Source of the DNA: Cenarchaeum sp.
GTDB lineage: Archaea > Thermoproteota > Nitrososphaeria > Nitrososphaerales > Nitrosopumilaceae
Length of the DNA stretch: 64,000 nt
Reading direction: 5' to 3'
Assembly (NCBI GenBank): GCA_965206845.1
Contig: OZ242221.1
Location: 256,001 to 320,000 of the forward strand
Positions 60,688-64,000 of the stretch are shown here, one piece after another. The number at the start of each line of letters is the position of its first letter. Within the stretch, counting starts at the first letter, position 1. The notes under the pieces are model-generated. The model was given only the letters and a program-made list of their open reading frames with translations, was not told the DNA's origin and did not search any database. The translations under genes were made by a program, and so were the position numbers.

Positions 60688-61058
60688 GGGGGGACCTCCC
60701 CGAATCCGCCATCCCTGGCCTTTTGCAGCGCCTCGGATCTCCTCTCGTCCAGCGGACCGTTTACCAGCCCGTTGAACCCGTAGACTGTCCGATCCCCGCC
60801 ATACTCTGTAAGCTCCACCTCCCTGGAATCACCCGGCTCGAACCTTACCGACGTTCCTGCAGGGATGTTGAGGTGAAATCCGTAGGCCGCCTCCCTGGGA
60901 AACCGGAGGGCCTTGTTTACCTCAAAGAAGTGGGTGTGCGAGCCCACCTGAACCGGCCGATCCCCGGTATTGGTGACCCGGATGCGCGCGGTCTGCTTTC
61001 CCGGGTTTGCCAGAATTTCCTCATCGGAGATCATGTATTCGCCGGGCTTCATACTCAT
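60684..61058 (-). CDS. ureB: Urease subunit beta
   Basis: [19 protein letters not shown]...[11 protein letters not shown]. Confidence 0.97.
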
Positions 61059-61360
61059 CACACTATTGGATCATGGACGGTCACCAGCTTGGTTCCGTCC
61101 TCAAAGGTCGCCTCCACCTGGATGGAGTAAATCAGGTCCGGCACCTCGGGCATCACATCGTCCCTTGAGAGAACCTTGCGGCCCGAGCTCATCAGCTCGG
61201 GAACCGACTTGCCGTCCCTGGCCCCCTCCAGGATGTGATCGGTGATCAGGGCAACGGCCTCGGGGTGGTTGAGCTTCAGCCCCCTGTCCCTTCTCCGCTG
61301 CGCAAGCTGGGCGGTCAGAAAGACGTACAGCTTGTCAATCTCTCTTGGGGTAAGCATCAT
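61058..61360 (-). CDS. ureA: Urease subunit gamma
   Basis: [10 protein letters not shown]...GLKLNHPEA...[17 protein letters not shown]. Confidence 0.97.
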   Translation of the reverse strand: MMLTPREIDKLYVFLTAQLAQRRRDRGLKLNHPEAVALITDHILEGARDGKSVPELMSSGRKVLSRDDVMPEVPDLIYSIQVEATFEDGTKLVTVHDPIV

Positions 61361-61530
61361 GGCGGATGTATGCCGCCAGCGTATTTAACAATTAGTCCTT
61401 ATGCGTATTGGCGCTTTGCGTGAAAGTCGCGCGGCGGTCTTCCGGCGGCGGCGTGCCAGCCGCCAACATGCACCGAGTCGATTCGCGGCGTTTAACGGTT
61501 AATAAGCCGCAGGCTACACGGGGGCCATAC

Positions 61531-62025
61531 ATGCTGAAGATGACATCCGTTATGGGAAACGCCTTTTGCGATAACGCGTCCGGGCTTCTGGAGGGCAGAA
61601 GGTGCGGGCGCCTGAGACTGCCGCGAACCGACCTTGAAAAGAACCGAATGCGGAGGAGAACCGATGGTGGGAATGACGTTGCGGTGATGCTGGAGCCCGG
61701 GACGGTTCTGCATGACGGAGATGTCCTGACCGACGGCACAAACACGGTAGTGGTAGAGCAGCTGCCCGAGACGGTGATTGCAGCACGACCGCTGGACGGC
61801 GCGGCAGCCCCTGCCGATCTGCTGGTAATGATCGGCCACACGATAGGAAACATGCACAGGCCGGTATCAGTTGAGGACGGCACCATATACTTTCCGATTC
61901 AGGCCGAGTCGGAGATTGGGGTGTTTCAGGGGCTGTTTGCCGGCGCGGCGGGCAGGATACGGCTCTCCGTGGAGGAGAGGGTCTTCAGACCACGTCCGGG
62001 GGCAGATGTCCGCGGCCACGACTGA
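61531..62025 (+). CDS. ureE: Urease accessory protein UreE
   Basis: RRRTDGG...LHDGDVL...IGHTIGNMHRP; start ATG 61531. Confidence 0.88.
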   Translation: MLKMTSVMGNAFCDNASGLLEGRRCGRLRLPRTDLEKNRMRRRTDGGNDVAVMLEPGTVLHDGDVLTDGTNTVVVEQLPETVIAARPLDGAAAPADLLVMIGHTIGNMHRPVSVEDGTIYFPIQAESEIGVFQGLFAGAAGRIRLSVEERVFRPRPGADVRGHD

Positions 62026-62149
62026 TGCCCTGACCGCATGACATGCACAGCAGAGTGTCGCCAAGTGACGGGGACGCTAGGGCAGACCAGGGCTGCGCGC
62101 CGGTTCCGCTCCACAGACCCAGAACAGGACACCAATGTTTATTACGCAA
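62026..62149 (+). pseudogene. Probable deleted ureF relic
   Basis: Only about 140 bp between ureE and ureG; in-frame APQ...MFIT followed by CAA (one change from TAA) at 62108-62149 resembles a UreF C-terminus. Confidence 0.4.
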
Positions 62150-62166
62150 ATCCAAAAACCCTCAAA

Positions 62167-62826
62167 GTGGCAAGGATACCAAGGGTAGGCATAGGTGGAC
62201 CGGTAGGCTCTGGAAAGAGCATGCTAGTCGAGAGGGTGGTTCCCATGCTGGCGCAAAAAGGATACAGCATGAGCATCATCTCAAATGACGTAATATCAAA
62301 AGAGGATGCGGATAGAATGAGGCAGAACCTGGCCACCAAGCGCGGCCTGTTGCCGGAGAATCTCGTGGTTGGCATCGCGACAGGGGGGTGCCCGCACACC
62401 GCGGTAAGGGAGGATCCGTCAATGAACATCGCGGTAATAGAGAAGATGGAGAGGGAGCACGACGAGCTTGATCTGATCATTATAGAGAGCGGCGGGGACA
62501 ACATCACCACGACGTTCAGTCCCATCCTGGCAGACTACTTTATCTACATCATCGACGTGGCCGGCGGCGACAAGTATCCCAGAAAGGGGGGCCTCGGAAT
62601 AACGAGCTGCGACCTCTTGATAATAAACAAGATCGACCTAGCGCCGCATGTTGGCGCGGATCTTGACATAATGAGGAGTGATGCGCAAAGGATCAGGGGC
62701 GACAGGCCGTTTCTGTTCACCAACTGCATGACGGACGCAGGCATCAGGGCAGTCTCGGATCGCATCATACGCGACGTGCTCTTTGACGCGCCGCCAAAGG
62801 CCACGGTGCAAGGCCTGAAGGGATGA
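62167..62826 (+). CDS. ureG: Urease accessory GTPase UreG
   Basis: GIGGPVGSGKS, TGGCPH, ESGGDN, NKIDL; GTG start 62167. Confidence 0.96.
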   Translation: MARIPRVGIGGPVGSGKSMLVERVVPMLAQKGYSMSIISNDVISKEDADRMRQNLATKRGLLPENLVVGIATGGCPHTAVREDPSMNIAVIEKMEREHDELDLIIIESGGDNITTTFSPILADYFIYIIDVAGGDKYPRKGGLGITSCDLLIINKIDLAPHVGADLDIMRSDAQRIRGDRPFLFTNCMTDAGIRAVSDRIIRDVLFDAPPKATVQGLKG

Positions 62827-63737
62827 ATGCGCCAGAATACTACACCCCGCAGGACATCCCCCCATTGATAGGCAGGTATGACGCAGAGGTGAGACAGCTT
62901 GGAGTGGGCAGAACAGGAAAGGTCGGAATCGCAGACGTGGAGCTGCGGGGGGACGGCGCGGGAAAGACCGTCATCGCGAGGCAGTTCTCCCAGGTGCCGT
63001 TGCAGATCCAGCGGGCCATATATCCGGAGGCATCACTGCCCGGCATGGCCCGCCTTTACATCATGTCCCCGTCGGGAGGCGTCCTGCAGGGAGACAGGTA
63101 CCGAATCGACGTCGCGCTAAAGGATGCGGCCGCGTCCCAGATTACAACCCAGGGAGCAACGAGGGTGTACGGGATGAATTCGAACTTTGCCACACAGATG
63201 GTAAACATCACGCTGGGGAAGGGCTGCTATCTGGAGTACATCCCCCACCAGATAATCCCCTACAGGAACTCCAGGTACTACCAGAGGATGTGCCTGGATG
63301 TCCACGACGATGCCACGCTGATCTACTCGGAGGTGCTGGCCCCGGGAAGAGAGTCCATGGGGGAAGCATTCGAGTACGACGCATGCTGCCTGAAGACGGT
63401 ATGCCGGAACCAGGACGGCAGGATGCGGTTCCTAGAGAACTCTAGGATAGAGCCGAGCGGCAGGGAGACAAGGGGCCTGGGAGTCCTACGGGGGTACGGC
63501 ACGTTGGGGACGGTCTACATCTTTTTTGGTGGCGACGCGGCCGGAGTCGAAGAGAGCATAGGTCAGGGGGGCGAAAAAAACGACGGCACCATATCCGGTA
63601 CATCCCGACTCCCCAACGGGTCCGGGATAATTGTCAGAATTCTTGGAGACAGGACAGAGGATGTTCTTAACGCAGTCTCCGAGACGCTGGGAGTGTGCAG
63701 GAAGGTGGTTCCCGGATCACCGTTCTGTCGGGCCTAG
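62823..63737 (+). CDS. ureD: Urease accessory protein UreD
   Basis: SPSGGVLQGD, TTQGATRVY, LEYIP, APGRESMGEAFEY; ATGA overlap with ureG. Confidence 0.92.
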   Translation: MNAPEYYTPQDIPPLIGRYDAEVRQLGVGRTGKVGIADVELRGDGAGKTVIARQFSQVPLQIQRAIYPEASLPGMARLYIMSPSGGVLQGDRYRIDVALKDAAASQITTQGATRVYGMNSNFATQMVNITLGKGCYLEYIPHQIIPYRNSRYYQRMCLDVHDDATLIYSEVLAPGRESMGEAFEYDACCLKTVCRNQDGRMRFLENSRIEPSGRETRGLGVLRGYGTLGTVYIFFGGDAAGVEESIGQGGEKNDGTISGTSRLPNGSGIIVRILGDRTEDVLNAVSETLGVCRKVVPGSPFCRA

Positions 63738-63776
63738 CGGCAGAGCCGCATCTTGTACCTGTCGGGATCGCAGCCA

Positions 63777-64000
63777 TCAGTCCAGCAGGACGACGGGCCT
63801 CGAGGAGGAGTCAAGCACGCTCTGCGCCACATGGCCGATCTTCGAGGAGGACCTTCCCAGGCCCTTTTTGCCGATAATTATCATATCTACCTTTAGCGAG
63901 TCCGCAAGCTTGACAATCTTCTCTGACGGGTTTCCCAGCTTTACGATCCGCTGGTAGTCGCCGATTTGCTTGGGCACCGCAACGCTTCTGAGGACCATCC
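63777..64000 (-). CDS. Universal stress protein (5' end beyond the window)
   Basis: GNPSEKIVKLA...DMIIIGKKG...GHVAQSVL...RPVVLL. Confidence 0.85.
   Translation of the reverse strand, partial: MVLRSVAVPKQIGDYQRIVKLGNPSEKIVKLADSLKVDMIIIGKKGLGRSSSKIGHVAQSVLDSSSRPVVLLD

Noticed and set aside
62038-62166. 43-aa N-terminal extension of UreG
   Set aside because: UreG homology starts at GTG 62167; the upstream DNA is better explained as ureF debris

Overview
GC-rich chromosomal segment of an ammonia-oxidising-type archaeon (Thaumarchaeota/Nitrososphaeria, Nitrosopumilaceae-like). The assignment is inferred from a stand-alone CdvA, FEN1, a DRG GTPase, pyruvoyl arginine decarboxylase, a Dur3-like transporter plus urease, and leaderless TATA-type promoters; the high GC would fit a Cenarchaeum-like host-associated lineage (inference). 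The window holds about 65 CDS, three tRNAs (Ser-CGA, Gly-GCC, Thr-UGU), an intact IS5-like element with 20-bp IRs and a 9-bp TSD, and an IS481-family element inactivated by a nonsense codon. Most notable: (1) a tightly coupled operon encoding a Ddl-like ATP-grasp ligase fused to a degenerate M20 peptidase, a gamma-glutamyltransferase and an N-formylglutamate amidohydrolase, followed by an HD+GNAT-like gene, which looks like an uncharacterised peptide or acyl-glutamate synthesis/turnover system; (2) a 44-aa CxC-rich metallothionein-like microprotein missed by the ORF track, plus other small Cys/His ORFs; (3) an HNH nuclease fused to a HIT domain lacking its catalytic His, next to a tRNA; (4) a urease cluster in which ureF appears reduced to a relic; (5) a secreted protein with a very recent 705-bp tandem duplication of a BvgS-like binding domain. 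All family calls come from motif recognition by eye; no database searches were run.
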